From Veleropilina oligotropha (lineage: Eukaryota), in the NCBI GenBank assembly GCA_048128005.1, contig JBEUKZ010000111.1, positions 186,001-250,000 of the forward strand: a DNA stretch of 64,000 bases. Reading direction: 5' to 3'. The translations under genes and the position numbers were made by a program. Under the pieces are notes generated by a model that made no database searches, was not told the DNA's origin, and saw nothing but the letters and a program-made list of their open reading frames with translations. Positions 12,918 through 26,945 of this stretch are shown here, piece by piece. How positions within the stretch are numbered: the stretch's first letter is position 1; each line of letters opens with the position of its first letter.

Positions 12918-15900
12918 TTGGAAATGGATATCTTAAAATGTTTTCTAAATTATTACATTTAATACCTTTTTCAGGAAAGTTGCTGATGCAGAAGAACCTG
13001 TGCACGTATTATGTGTATGGTAAATGGACTAATTTTTAATCAAATCTGTGTAAATGTTTGTTATGGTGAAGTTTCTTAGCATGTTTCATGTCCATTTTAA
13101 CAAATTTCGACCATATCACATTTTATATTCGTGAAATAGTATTCCATCTAAGCACTGACGTATTTGAATTATTATTGAAATTGATGTTTTTGTTATCTTT
13201 TTCAGGACAGTCACTGATGCATTTAGTGTGAGATACATGAACATGGCTGTATTTGTAAGGTAAATCGTCTAATTTCTATTCAAATCTGATGTATATGTGT
13301 GTTTTTGGGGAGTCTTTCTTAGCATGTTTCATGATCCATCTTAGCATTGACTTAATTTGAATTGTTTTATAAATTAATACATTTATTACCTTTTTCAGGA
13401 AAGTTGTTGATGCAGAAGAAACCTGTGCATGGATTGGATATGTAACGGTAAATGGACTAATTTTTAATGAAATCTGGTGTAAATGATTGTTTTGGTGAGA
13501 TTTCTTAGCATGTTTCATGTCCATTTTTATAAATTTCGACCATATCACATTTTTATATTGGTGAAACAGTATTCCATCTTAGCACTGACTTATTTGAATT
13601 ATTATTGAAATGTATGCTTGAATTCTCTTTTTCAGGACAGTCGCTGATGCAGTTAGGGTGAAAAACATGAACATGGTTGTAAGTGTAACGTAAACCCAAA
13701 AATTTCGATTGAAAAATGATGTATATGCGAGTTTATGGGGAGTGTTTATTAGCTTGTTTCAAGTTCCATCCTTGCATTGACTTAATTTGAATTGTTTTCT
13801 AAATTAATACATTTATTCTCTTTTTCAGAAAAGATGCTGATGCAGAAGAAAGCTGTGCATGGATTGTATGTGTAAGTTAAATGGACTAATGTTTAATCAA
13901 GTCTGTTTTGGTGAGGTTACTTTGCATGTTTCAAGTCCATTTTAACAAATTTCAACCACATCACATTTTATATTCGTGAAATAGTATTCCATCTTAGCAC
14001 TGACTTATTTGAATTACTATTGAAATTATCCTTTTATTATCTTTTTCAGGACAGTCGCTGATGCAGTTAGGGTGAAAAACATGAACATGGTTTTACGTGT
14101 AACGTAAACCCAATAAATTAGTTTCAAATCTGATGTATATGGTTTTTTTGGGAGTGTTTATTAGCATGTTTCATGTTCCATCTAAACATTGACTTAATTT
14201 GAATTGTTTTCTAAATTAATACATTAATTCTCTTTTTCAGGAAAGATGCTGATGCAGAAAAATCCTGTGCATGGATTGTATGTGTCAGTTATTGTGTCAG
14301 TTAATTTCTATTCAAATCTGATGTATATATGTGTTTTGGGAGTGTTTCTTAGCATGGTTCATGTTCCATCTTAGCATTGACTTAAATTGACTTGTTTCTA
14401 AGTTAATGCATTTATTCTCATTTGCTGATGCAGAAGAAACCTGTGCATGGATTGCATGTGTAAGGTAAATTGACTAATTTTTAATGAAATCTGGTTTAAA
14501 TGTTTGATTTTGTGACGTTTCAAGCATATATTATTTCCATTTTAACAAATTTCGACCATATCACATTTTATATTCGTGAAATATTATTCCTTCCTGGCAC
14601 TGACTTATTTGAATTATTATTGAAATTGATGCTTTTATTATATTTTTCAGGACAGTCGCTGATGAAGTTAGGGTGAGAAATATGAACATGGTTGTATGTG
14701 TAAGGTAAGTCGAGTAATGTCTATTCAAATCTGATCTATGTGTGTGTTTTGGGATGTGTTTATTAGCATATTTTATGTTCCATCTTAACATTGACTTAAT
14801 TTGAATTGCTTTATAAATACATACATTTAATCTCTAATTAAGAAATGTTGCTGATGTAGAAGAAACATGTGCATGGATTGCATGTGTAAGGTAAGTGGAC
14901 AAATTTTTAATCAAGTCTGTTATGGTGATGTTACTTAGCATGTTCCATGTTCATTGTAACAAATTTCAACCATTTCACATTTTATATTCACGAAATAGTA
15001 TTCCATCTTAGCACTGACTTATTTGAATTATTATTGAAATTGATGCTTTTATTATCTTTTCCAGGATAGTCGCTGATGCAGTTAGGGTGAGAAACAAGAA
15101 TATGGTTGTATGTGTAAGGTAAGCCGACTAATTTATATTGACATTCGATCTATATGTATGTTTTGGGAAGTGTTTATTAGCTTATTTTATGTTCTATCTT
15201 AGCATTGACTTCATTTGAATTGTTTTCTAAATTAATACATTTAATCTCTTTTTCAGGAAAGTTGCTGATGCAGAAGAAACCTGTGCATGGATTGCATGTG
15301 TAACGTAAATTTACTAATTTTAATGAAATCTGGGGAAAATGTTTGTTTTGGTGAGGTTTCTTATAATGTTTTTATAAATTTCGACCATATCACATATTTT
15401 ACATTGGTGAAACAGTATTCCATCTTAGTACTGACTTATTTGAATAATTATTAACATTTATGCTTTTATTATCTTTGTCAGGACAGTCGCTGATGCCGCT
15501 ACGGTAAAAAACATAAACATGGCTGTAAGTGTAAGGTAAACCCAAAACTTTCTATTCAAATCTGGTGTATTTATGTGTTTTTGGGGAGTGTTTATTAGCA
15601 TGTTTCAAGTTCCATCTAAGCATTGACTTAATTTGAATTGTTTTCTAAATTAATACATTTATCCTCTTTTTCAAGAAAGATGCTGATGCAGAAAAAACTT
15701 GTGCATGGATTGGATGTGTCATTTAAATGGAATAATTTTTATTGAAATCTGGTGTAAATGTTTGTTTTGGTGAGGTTTCTAAGCATATTCCATGTCCATG
15801 TTAACAAATTTCGACCATATCACATTTTATATTCGTGAAATAGTATTCCATCCTGGCACTGACTTATTTGAATTATTATTGAAATTGATGCTTTTGTTAT

Positions 15901-16483
15901 CTTTTTCAGGACAGTCGCTGATGCAATTAGGGTGAAAAACATGAGCATCCCTGTATGTGTAAGGTAAGCCGACTAATTTCTATTCAAATCTGATGTATAT
16001 GTGTGTTTTGGGGAGTGTTTCTTAGCATGTTTCATGTTCCATCTTTGCATTGACTTAATTTAAAATATTTTCTAAATTAATATATTTAATTTCTTTTTCA
16101 GGAAAGTTGCTGATGCAGAAGAACCTGTGCACGTATTGTATGTGTAAGGTAACTGGACTAATTTGTAATCAAATATGGTGTAAATGTTTGTCAGAGTGAG
16201 GTTTCTTAGCATGTTTCATGTCCATTTTAACAAATTTCGACCATATCACATTTTATATTCGTGAAATAGTACTCCATCTTAGCACTAGCGTATTTGAATT
16301 ATTGTTAATTTGATGCTTTTATTATCTTTTTCAGGATAGTCGCTGATGCAATTAGGGTGAGTAACATGAACATGGTTGTATATGTAAGGTAAACCGACTA
16401 ATTTATATTCATATCTGATGTATATGTGTGTTTTGTGGAGTCTTTCTTAGCATGTTTCATGTTCCATCTTAGCAGTGACTTAA

Positions 16484-19268
16484 TTATGCCCCGGGACGAT
16501 AGTCCGGAGGGGCATATTGCTTTCACTCTCTCTGTACGTACGTACGTACGTACGGCGTACGTACGTATGTCCGCTGTTTTGGTTAAAGTTTTTCATTGGG
16601 TGTATATGGCTTGCCCAAGGGACTTTTTGGCTTATATATGCAGTAGTATTGATTATATGGATGTTACCTGATACGCTAGCAGTGATAATGAATAAAATTT
16701 AATTCATTTAATGCAAATAAAGTGGTGTTTTTGAACATAGAAATTCCGGTTAAAGTTTTTGGTTAAAGGTTTTCATTGAGTTTATATGGCTTCTTAAGAG
16801 CCTTTTTGGCATATACATGCTTTGATATAGATTATATGGATGTTACCTGGTGCTCTGGCAGTGATATTGAATACAATTTATTTTAATTAATGCAAATAAA
16901 TTGGTGGTTTTGAACATAGAAATTTTGGTTAGAATTTTCGGTTAAAGTTTTTGGTTAAAGTTTTTCATTGAGTGTATATGGCTTGCTCAAAGAAATGTTT
17001 GGCATATATATGTTGTGGTATTGATGATATGTATGTTACCTGATACCCTGGAAGTGATATTGAATAAAATTTAATTTTATTAATTCAAATAAAGTGATGT
17101 TTTTGAACATATAAATTCTGGTTAGAATTTCTGGTGACAGTTTTTCATTGAGTGTATATGGTTTGCTGAAGGGCATTTTTTATATTGATTATATGGATGT
17201 TAACTGCTACTCTGGCAGTGATATGGACTAAAATTGTATTTAATTAATCCAATTAAATTGGTGTTTCTTTAACATAGAAATTATTGTTAGAATTTTCGGT
17301 TAAAGTTTTTCATTGAGTTTATATGGCTTGCTTATGGGCTTTTTTGACATATATGTGCTTTGGTATTGATTAGATGGATGTTATCTGGTACTCTGGGAGT
17401 GATATTGAATAAAAGTTAATTAATTATTGAAAATAAAATGATGTTTTTTAACATATAAATTAAACTTCTTTTTTATGTACATGGGCTGTTGAAGCCACCT
17501 TTTAGCTCTCCTGTGAAGAACAGTAGAGCTATTGTCATCAGCAGCTGGTACGTTGACATTGTAGAAGTTGTAACTCAGAAGTTAGAATATGCCTTGAAAT
17601 ATTGAGCATTATGTATTAACATTCTTTCTATGAATAGAAATAGCATTTTAGAAGAGTATTTTTCTTTGTTTTGTATACTTACATAAATATTTTGTGTGTG
17701 CAAAGGTAAATGATATCTGCTTATCTGTAAGACTTGCTCACTGCCATTAGTCACAGTAAGCTGTTACGCTTAATGGTCATTCTGAGGAGCTAGGATTATC
17801 AAAATCGGAAATTAAATGATTTTGAAACTGGCTTCCCATTGGTTCGTTTCAATGGTATTGTGTAATGACAGTATATTTGTCATTACATGAGCAGAATGTA
17901 TCCAGTGTCTAATATCACTTTTGCCAGGGTTCAAATTATCAGCTAATATTTCCAATAAAATTAAAAAGAAACCAAACATATAGTTTAAAGACAACGTATT
18001 TGTATTATTGATAAAGCATTACAATTTATTATGTGAACACAATCAGTGAGTCAAAGGTCAACTTATATTTTGAAACTATTAATGTTATTTTTTATCGTGT
18101 AATTTTGGTTTTCGCAATTGTGCACAACGGATAATAATGTCGTATAAGTGTCAACACTTGCTTACTTGCAACTGTATCCACTTTATATCTCAGTTGAATT
18201 TAAGAATGTAGTGATATTTGAGTCATCCACTTTTTTATATAAGATAAGTTTTAATTTGTTGAAGAAGATTCTTAGTCGAAGATGCTCAGTTTTATTAAAC
18301 TTTTAAAGTAAAGCCAATGGTTTTCATGGATTTATTGATTGAATATCATCATCAAACCTTTTTAGATGGATAAGACATAAAAGTTTAAAAAAATATATAC
18401 TATTTATTGCATAATTACAACGTCAAGTAAAGAAATTGGATCCCAATATATGCATTGTGTCATATTTTTGCTTATATGATCACGCTAATTATACATGGGT
18501 ACATAAAACAGATGTTTTCTACATATTCATCACACATTTTGCAGATGTCTTGTTTCCAGAAACTCTGCGTTACTTATAATGATTCGCCATGCGCTATCAA
18601 TTATTAATACATGCTTCCGTTACTATTTCGAATTCTTTTGCGGCTTTGCGTGCGCTCGTCTTTTATCTGTCGAAATGCTTGCGTGTGCATTATTTTTTTC
18701 GGTTATTACTATGATTTGTTAATCAAATTGATTTCTTTCTTTCAGTAATAAAATGTTGATGTAATGTTTGCATGGTGTGAGTAAAATGTGTTATAGCAAT
18801 TGATGTATGACACATTCCATACAATCCTCATTCAACACCCCCATCTATGATTTGTATTAATATTTCAGACCATGGCTTGCAGTAGTAGCGTTACATGTAC
18901 ATCTAGTAATAAAATTGAATTTGTTATAATAATTGCAAATAAATTTGTGTTTTTTAACATAGAAACTCTGGTTAAAGTTTTCCTGTTTATGTGTATGGGC
19001 TGCAGAAGGCTCTATTCGGAATATATTTATATGCTTTGGTATTATTATTTGGATGTCACATGGCAGTGATAGTGACTAAAATTTAATTTAATTATTGCAT
19101 AAAATTGGTATTTTTAGACATAGAAACTTTGTGAAAGTTTTCAGTTAAAATATTTTCAAGGAGTTCATATGGGTGATCAAGATGCTTTTTGTATACACAT
19201 ACTTTGGTAGTTAATATATGGATGCTGCCGGGGCATACCCATGTTCCGTGGAACATAATTTTTTCTAG
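16484..19268 (+). mobile_element. Non-autonomous Helentron-type element (HINE-like) with internal ~175-190-bp tandem repeats
   Basis: 5' subTIR tatgcccc with nearby inverted ggggcata (16509-16516), (GTAC)n microsatellite, internal repeats at ~16575-17500 and ~18880-19220, 3' subTIR ccgggcata, hairpin atgttcc-gt-ggaacat (19240-19255), CTAG end, inserted in a T-run of the satellite. Confidence 0.82.
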
Positions 19269-22200
19269 TTTGAATTGTTTCTAAGTTAATACATTTATTC
19301 TCTTTTTCAGAAAAGTTGCTGATGCAGAAGAAACCTGGGCATGGATATATGTGAAAGGTAAATGGACTAATTTTTAATGAAATCTGGTGTAAATGTTTGT
19401 TTTGATGAGGTTTCTTAGCGTGTTTCATGTCGAATTTTATAGATTTCGATCATATCATATTTTTTATATTGATGAAACGGTATTCCATCTTAGCACTAAC
19501 TTATTTGAATTATTATTGAAATTATGCTTTTATTATCTTTTTCAGGACAGTCGCTGATGCAGTTAGGCTGCAAAACATGAACATGGTTGTATGTGTAAGG
19601 TAAACCCAATAATTTATATTCAAATCTGATGTATATATGTGTTTTGGGAGTGTTTCCTAGCAAGTTTCATGTTCCATCTTAGCATTGACTTAATTTGAAT
19701 TGTTTTCTAAATTAATACATTTAATCTCTTTTTGGTGAAAATTTTTGTTTTGGTGAGGTTTCTTAGAATGTTTCAAGTCCATTTTTATAAATTTCGATCA
19801 TATCACATTTTATATATTGGTGAGACAGTATTCCATCTTAGCACTGACTTATTTGAATTATTATTGAAATTTATGCTTTTATTATCTTTTTCAGGACAGT
19901 CGCTGATGCAGTTAGGGTGAAAAACATGAACATCGCTGTACATGTAAGGTAAACCACAAAATTTATATTCAAATCTGATGTATATATGTGTTATTGGGGA
20001 GTGGTTATTAGCATGTTTCAAGTTCCATCTAAGCATTGAATTAATTTGAATTGTTTTCTAAATTAATACATTTATTCTCTTTTTCAGGAAAGATGCTGAT
20101 GCAGAAAAAACCTGTGCATGGATTGGATGTGTACGGTAACTGGACTAATTTTTAATCAAATCTGGTGTAAATGTTTGTTATGGTGAGATTTTTTAGCATG
20201 TTTCATGTCCATTTTAACAAATTGCGACCATATCACGTTTTATATTCGTGAAATAGTACTCCATCTTAGCACTGACGTATTTGAATTATTATTGAAATTG
20301 ATGCTTTTATTATCTTTTTCAGAACAGTCGCTACTGCAATTACGGTCAGAAACATGAACACCATTGTATGTGTAAGGTAAACGACTAATTTCTATTTAAA
20401 TCTGATGTATATGGGTGTTTTGTGGAGTGTTTCTTATCATGTTTTATGTTCCATCTTAGCATTGACTTAATTTGAATTGGTTTCTAAATTAATACATTTA
20501 ATCTCTTTTTCAGGAAATTTGCTGTTGCAGAAGAAACCTGTGCATGGATTGGATGTGTAATGTAAATGTTTGTTTTGATGAGGTTTCTTAGCACATTTCA
20601 TGTCCATTTTAACAAATTTCGACCATATCACATTTAATATTCGTGAAATAGCATTCATCTTTCCACTGACTTATTTGAATTATTATTGAAATGAATCTTT
20701 TTATTATCTTTTTCAGGACAGTCGCTGATGCAGTTAGTGTGAGTAACATGAACATGGTTGTATTTGTAAGGTAAACCGACTAATTTATATTCAAATCTGA
20801 TGTATATGTGTGTTTTGTGGAGTCTTTCTTAGCATGTTTCATGTTCCATCTTAGCATTGACTTAATTTGAATTGTTTTCGAAATTAATATTTTTATTATC
20901 TTTTTCATGACATTCGCCGATAGGATAAGAAACATGGTTGTATGTGTACAGCAAATCGACTAATTGCTTTCCAAATCTGATGCATATGTGTGTTTTGGGG
21001 AGTGTTTCTTATCATATTTATGTTCCATCTTAGCATTCCCTTAATTTCAATTGGTTTCTAAATTAATACATTTATTCCCCTTTTCAGGAAAGTTGCTGAT
21101 GCAGAAGAAACCTGTGCGTGGATTGCATGTGTAAGGTAAATGGACTAATTTTTAATGAAATCTGGTGTAAATGTTTGTTTTGGTGAGGTTTATTAGCATG
21201 TTTCATGTTCATTTTAACAAATTTAGACCATATCACATTGTATATGCGTGAAATATTAATCCATCTTAGCACTAACTTATTTGAAGTATTACTGAAATAT
21301 AGTCTTTTATTCTCTTTTTCAGGACAATCGCTGATGCAGTCAGGGTGAGAACCATGTACATGGTTGTAAGTGTAAGGTAAAATGACTAATTTCTATTCAA
21401 ATCTGATGTATATGTGTGTTTTGTGGAGGTTTCTTAGCATATTTCATGTTCCATCTAAGCATTGACTTAATTTTAATTGTTTCCTAAATTAATACATTTA
21501 TTCCCTTTTTCAGGAAAGTTGCTGATGCTGAAGAAACCTGGGCATGGATTGTATGTTTAAGTAATTGGACTAATTTTTAATCAAATCTGGTGTAAATTCT
21601 TGTTTTGGTGGGGTTTCTTAGCATGTTTCATGTCTATTTTAACAAATTTCGGCCATATCACATAGTATTCCATCTAAGCACTGACTAAATGAATTATTAT
21701 TGAAATTGCTGCTTTTAATATCTTTTCATGACAGTTGTTGATGCAGTTAGGGTGAGAAACATGTACATGGTTGTATGTTAAGGTAAGCCGACTAATTTCT
21801 ATTCAATCGGGTGTATTTGTGTGTTTTGGGGAGGTTTCTTAACATGTTCTACCTTAGCATTGACTTCATTTGAATTTATTCTCTTTTTCAGGAAAGTTGG
21901 TGATGCAGAAGGAACCTCTGCATGGATTGCATGTGTAAGGTAAATGGACTAATTTTTAATGAAATCTGGTGTAAGTGTTTTTTTGAGGTTTCATTGCACG
22001 TTTCATGTCCATTTTAACAAATTTCGACTATATCACATATTAGACTCGCGAAACAGTATTCCATCTTGGCTCTGATTTATTTGAATTATTATTGAAATTT
22101 ATGCTTTCATTATCTTTTTCAGGACAGTCGCTGATGCAGTCAGGGTGAGAAACATGTACATGGTTGTATGTGTAAGGTAAGCCGACTAATTTCTTTTCAA

Positions 22201-25200
22201 ATCTGATGTATATGTGTGTTTTGGGGAGTGTTTCTTAGCATGTTTTATGTTCCATCTTAGCATTGACTTAATTTGAATTGTTTTCTAAATTAATACATTT
22301 ATTCCCCTTTTCAGGAAAGTTGCTGATGCAGAAGAAACTGTTCATGGATTGTATGTGTAAGTTAAGTGGACTAATTTTTAATCATTTCTGTTTTGGTGAG
22401 GTTACTTAGCATGTTTCATGTCCATTTTAACACATTTCAACCAAATCACATTTTATATTGGAGAAATAGTATTCCATCTTAGCACTGACTTATTTGAATT
22501 ATTATTGAAATTAATGCTTTTCTTATCTTTTTCAGGATAGTCGCTGATGCAGTTTGCAGTTTGTGTGAGAAACACGAACATGGTTGTATGTGTAATGTAA
22601 GCCGACTAATTTATATTCAAATCCGATGTATATATGTGTTTTTGGAGTGTTTCTTAGCATGGTTCATGTTCCATCTTATCATCGACTTAAATTGGCTTGT
22701 TTCTAAGTTAATACATTTATTCTCTTTTTCAGGAAAGATGCTGATGCAGAAAAAACCTGTGCATGGATTGAATCAAATCTGGTATAAATGTTTGTTATGG
22801 TGTCATGTCCATTTTATATAAATTCGACCATATCACATTTTATATTCGTGAAATAGTACTCCATCTTAGCCATGACTTATTTGAATTATTATTGATATTG
22901 ATGATTTTATTCACTTTTTCAGGACAGTCGCTGATGCAATTAGGTTGAGAAACATGAACGTCCTTGTATGTGTAAGGTAAACGACTATTTTCTATTCAAA
23001 TATGATGTATATGGGTGTTTTGATGAGTGTTTCTTATCATGTTTTATGTTCCATCTTAGCATTGACTTAATTTGAATTGTTTTCGAAATTAATACATTTA
23101 TTATCGCTGATGCAGTTAGGGTAGGAAACATGTACATGGTTGTATATGTAAGGTAAATCGACTAATTTGTTTCCAAATCTGATGCATATGTGTGTTTTGG
23201 GGAGTGTTTCTTATCATGTTTTATGTTCCATCTTACCATTGACTTAATTTGAATTGTTTTCTAAATTAATACAATTATTCCCTTTTTCAGGAAAGTTGCT
23301 GATGCAGAAGGAACTGTGCATGGATTGTATTTGTAAGTTAAGTTGACTAATTTTTAATCAAGTCTGTTTTGGTGAGGTTACTTAGCAAGTTTCATGACCA
23401 TTTTTACAAATTTCGACCATATTACATTTTATATTCGTGAAATAGCATTCCATCTTAGCACTGACTTATTTGAATTATTTTTGCAATTGATGCTTTTATT
23501 CTCTTCTTCAGGATAGTCTCTGATGCAGTTAGGGTGAGAAACAAGAACATGGTTGTATTTGTAAGGTACGCCGACTAATTTCTATTCAAATCTGATGTAT
23601 ATATGTGTTTTGGGAGTGTTTCTTAGCATGTTTCATGTTCCATCTTAGCATTGACTTAAGTTGATTTTTTTCAAAGTTATTACATTTATTCTCTTTTTCA
23701 GAAAAGTTGCTGTTGCAGAAGAAATCTGTGCATGGATATATCTGTAAGTTAAATGGACTAATTGTTAATAAAATCTGGTGTAAATGTTTGTTTTGGTGAA
23801 GTTTCTTAGCATGTTTCTTGTCCATTTTTATAAATTTCGACCATATCACATTTTTTATATTGGTGAAACAGTATGCTATCTTAGCACTGACTTATTTGAA
23901 TTATTATTGAAATTATGCTTTTATTATCTTTTTCAGGACAGTCGTTGATGCAGTTAGGGTGAAAAACATGAACATGTGTAAGGTAAACCCAATAATTTCT
24001 ATTCAAATCTGATGTATATGTTTGTTTTTGGGGAGTGTTTATTAGCATGTTTCAAGTTCCATCTAAGCATTGATTTAATTTGAATTGTTTTTTAAATTAA
24101 TACATTTATTCTTTTTTTCAGGAAAGTTGCTGATGCAGACGAAATCTGTGCATGGATTGGATGTGTCAGGTAAATGGACTAATTTTTAATCAAATCTGGT
24201 GTAAATGTTTGTTTTGGTGAGGTTTCTAAACATATTTCTTTTCCATTTTAACAAATTTCGACCATATCACATTTTATATTCGTGAAATATTATTCCATCC
24301 TGGCACTGACTTATTTGAATTATTATTGAAAGTGATGCTTTTATTATCGTTTTCAGGACAGTCGCTGATGAAGTTAGGGTGGGAAACATGAACATGGTTG
24401 TATGTGTAAGGTAAGCCGACTAATTTCTATTCAAATATTATGTATATGTGTGTTTTGGGGAGTGTTTCTTAGAATGTTTATGTTCCATCATAGCATTGAC
24501 TTAATTTGAATTGTTTTCTAAATTAATACATTTATTCCCTTTTTCAGGAAAGTTGCTGATGCAGATGAAATCTGTGCATGGATTACCTGTGTAAGGTAAG
24601 TGGACTAATTTCTAATCAAGTCTGTTTTGTTGAGGTTACTTAGCATGTTTCAAGTCCATTTTAACAAATTTCAACCATATCACATTTTATATTCATGAAA
24701 TAGTATTGCATCTTAGCACTGACTTATTTGAATTGTTATTGAAATTGATGCTCTTATTATCTTTTCCAGGATAGTCGCTGATGCAGTTAGGGTGATAAAC
24801 ATGAACATGGTTGTATATGTAAGGTAAGCCGACTAATTTATATTCAAATCTGATGTATACATGTGTTTTGGAAGTGTTTCTTAGCATGTTTCATGTTCCA
24901 TCTTAGACTTAATTTAAAATGTTTTCTAAATTAATACATTTAATATCGTTTTCAGGAAAGTTGCTGATGCAGAAGAACCTGTGCACGTATTGTATGTGTC
25001 AGGTAAATGGGCTAATTTGTAATCAAATCTGGTGTAAATGTTTGTTATGGTGAGGTTTCTTAGCATGTTTCATTTCCATTTTAATAAATTTAGACCATAT
25101 CACATTTTATATTCGTGAAATAGTACTCCATCTTAGCATTGACGTATTTGAATTATTATTGAAATTGATGCTTTTATTCTCTTTTACAGGACAGTCGCTG

Positions 25201-26490
25201 ATGGAATTAGGGTGAGAAACATGAACATGGCTGTATGTGTAAGGTAAGACGACTAATTTCTATTCAAATCTGATGTATATGTGTGTTTTGTGAAGTGTTT
25301 ATTAGCATGTTTTTTGTTCCATCTTAGCATTGACTTAATTTGAAGTGTTTTCTAAATTAACACATTTATTCCCTTTTTCAAGAAAGTTGCTGATGCAGAA
25401 GAAACCTGTGCATGGATTGCCTGTGTAAGGTAAGTGGACTAAATTTTAAATAAGTCTGTTTTGGTAAGGTTATTTATCATGTTTCATGTCCATTTTAGCA
25501 AATTTCAACCATATCACATTTTAAATTTATGAAATAGTACTCCATCTTAGCATTGACGTATTTGAATTATTATTGAAATTGATGCTTTTATTCTCTTTTA
25601 CAGGACAGTCGCTGATGGAATTAGGGTGCGAAACATGAACAAGGCTGTATGTGTAAGGTAAGACAACTAATTTCTAATCAAATCTGATGTATATGGATGT
25701 TTTGTGGAGTGTTTCGTATCATGTTTTATGTTCCATCTTAGCATTGACTTAATTTGAATTGGTTTCTAAATTAATACATTTATTCTCTTTTTTAGGAAAG
25801 TTGCTGTTGCAGAAGAAACCTGTGCATAGATTACATGTGTACTGTAAATGGACTAATTTTATTCAAATCTGGTGTAAATATTTGTTTTGATGAGGTTTAT
25901 TAGCACATTTTATGTCCATTTTAACAAATTTCGACCATATCACATTTTATATTCGTGAAATAGTATTCATCTTTCCACTGACTTATTTGAATTATTATTG
26001 AAATTATGCTTTTATTATCTATTTCAGGACAGTCGCTGATTCAGTTAGTGTGAGAAGCATGAACATGGTTGTATGTGTAAGGTAAACCCAATAATTTATA
26101 TTCAAGTCTGATGTACATGTGTGTTCTGGCCATGGTGTGTGTTTCTTAGCATGTTTCAAGTTCCATCTAATCATTGACTTAATTTGAATTGTTTTCTAAA
26201 TTAATACATTTACCCTCTTTTTCAGGACATTCGCTGATGCAGTTAGGGTAAGAAACATGTACATGGTTGTATATGTAAGGTAAATCGACTAATTTCTTTC
26301 CAAATCTGATGCATATGTGTGTTTTGAGGAGTGTTTTTTATATTGTTTTATGTTCCATCCTAGCATTGACTTAATTTGAATTGTTTTCTGAATTAACACA
26401 TTGATTCACTTTTTCGGGAAAGTTGCTGATGCAGAAGAAACCTGTGCATGAATTGCCTGTGTAAGGTAAGTGGACTAATTTTTAATCAAG

Positions 26491-26945
26491 GTTTAGCATA
26501 GGTTTAGAGCAAAGAAATCATGCGATACACAGTTGTTGTTTACTATTATACACACAACTTTACCTACAAGAAACACAGGGATTCTACGCTCCCAGACATT
26601 TGACCGTGTTGCTCATAAAAGACTGACATAACTTGCCTATTACGGGGTGAACCAAGGCACCGTCATGTGGTCAGTACTCCTTTTGTGTTTTTATAAGACT
26701 TTTCTGACAAAGTTCCAACATCAGGCTACTTGCAGACGATGCCCTGCTATATAGGGTCATCGACGATTACACTGACTCCGAAGAGCTGTACAAAGATGAC
26801 AAACATTGAAAGCTGGGCCACAGAGTGGCAGATGGAGTTTAATGCGCGAAAGTGCTTTGTCTTACACACCACCAACAAGCAGAACGCTCAACACAAGAAC
26901 TACACACTCAATGGTGTGCAACTCAAGACAGTCAGCAACCATGAA
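26491..26945 (+). pseudogene. Non-LTR retrotransposon RT fragment (CR1/L2-like)
   Basis: Remnant motifs GFRAKKSCDTQL, FDRVAH, ADDALLYRVI and WATEWQMEFNARKC, spread over several frames. Confidence 0.75.

Larger units (their letters stand above)
1..26490. repeat. Tandem satellite array; ~420-bp monomer made of two related subunits (~190 and ~230 bp)
   Basis: The motif (t)caggaaagttgctgatgcag recurs at ~421, 835, 1256, 1626, 2011, 2433, 2864, 3290, 3690, 4115, 4544 and onward, alternating with tcaggacagtcgctgatgcag. The array runs off the window start and is interrupted by TE insertions. Confidence 0.97.

Noticed and set aside
910..24887. Numerous 60-90-aa ORFs within the satellite
   Set aside because: They are chance open frames of the repeated monomer on both strands, with no domain motifs.
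1..26490. CRISPR-like repeat-spacer array
   Set aside because: Whole monomers repeat, there are no unique spacers or cas genes, and the context is eukaryotic.
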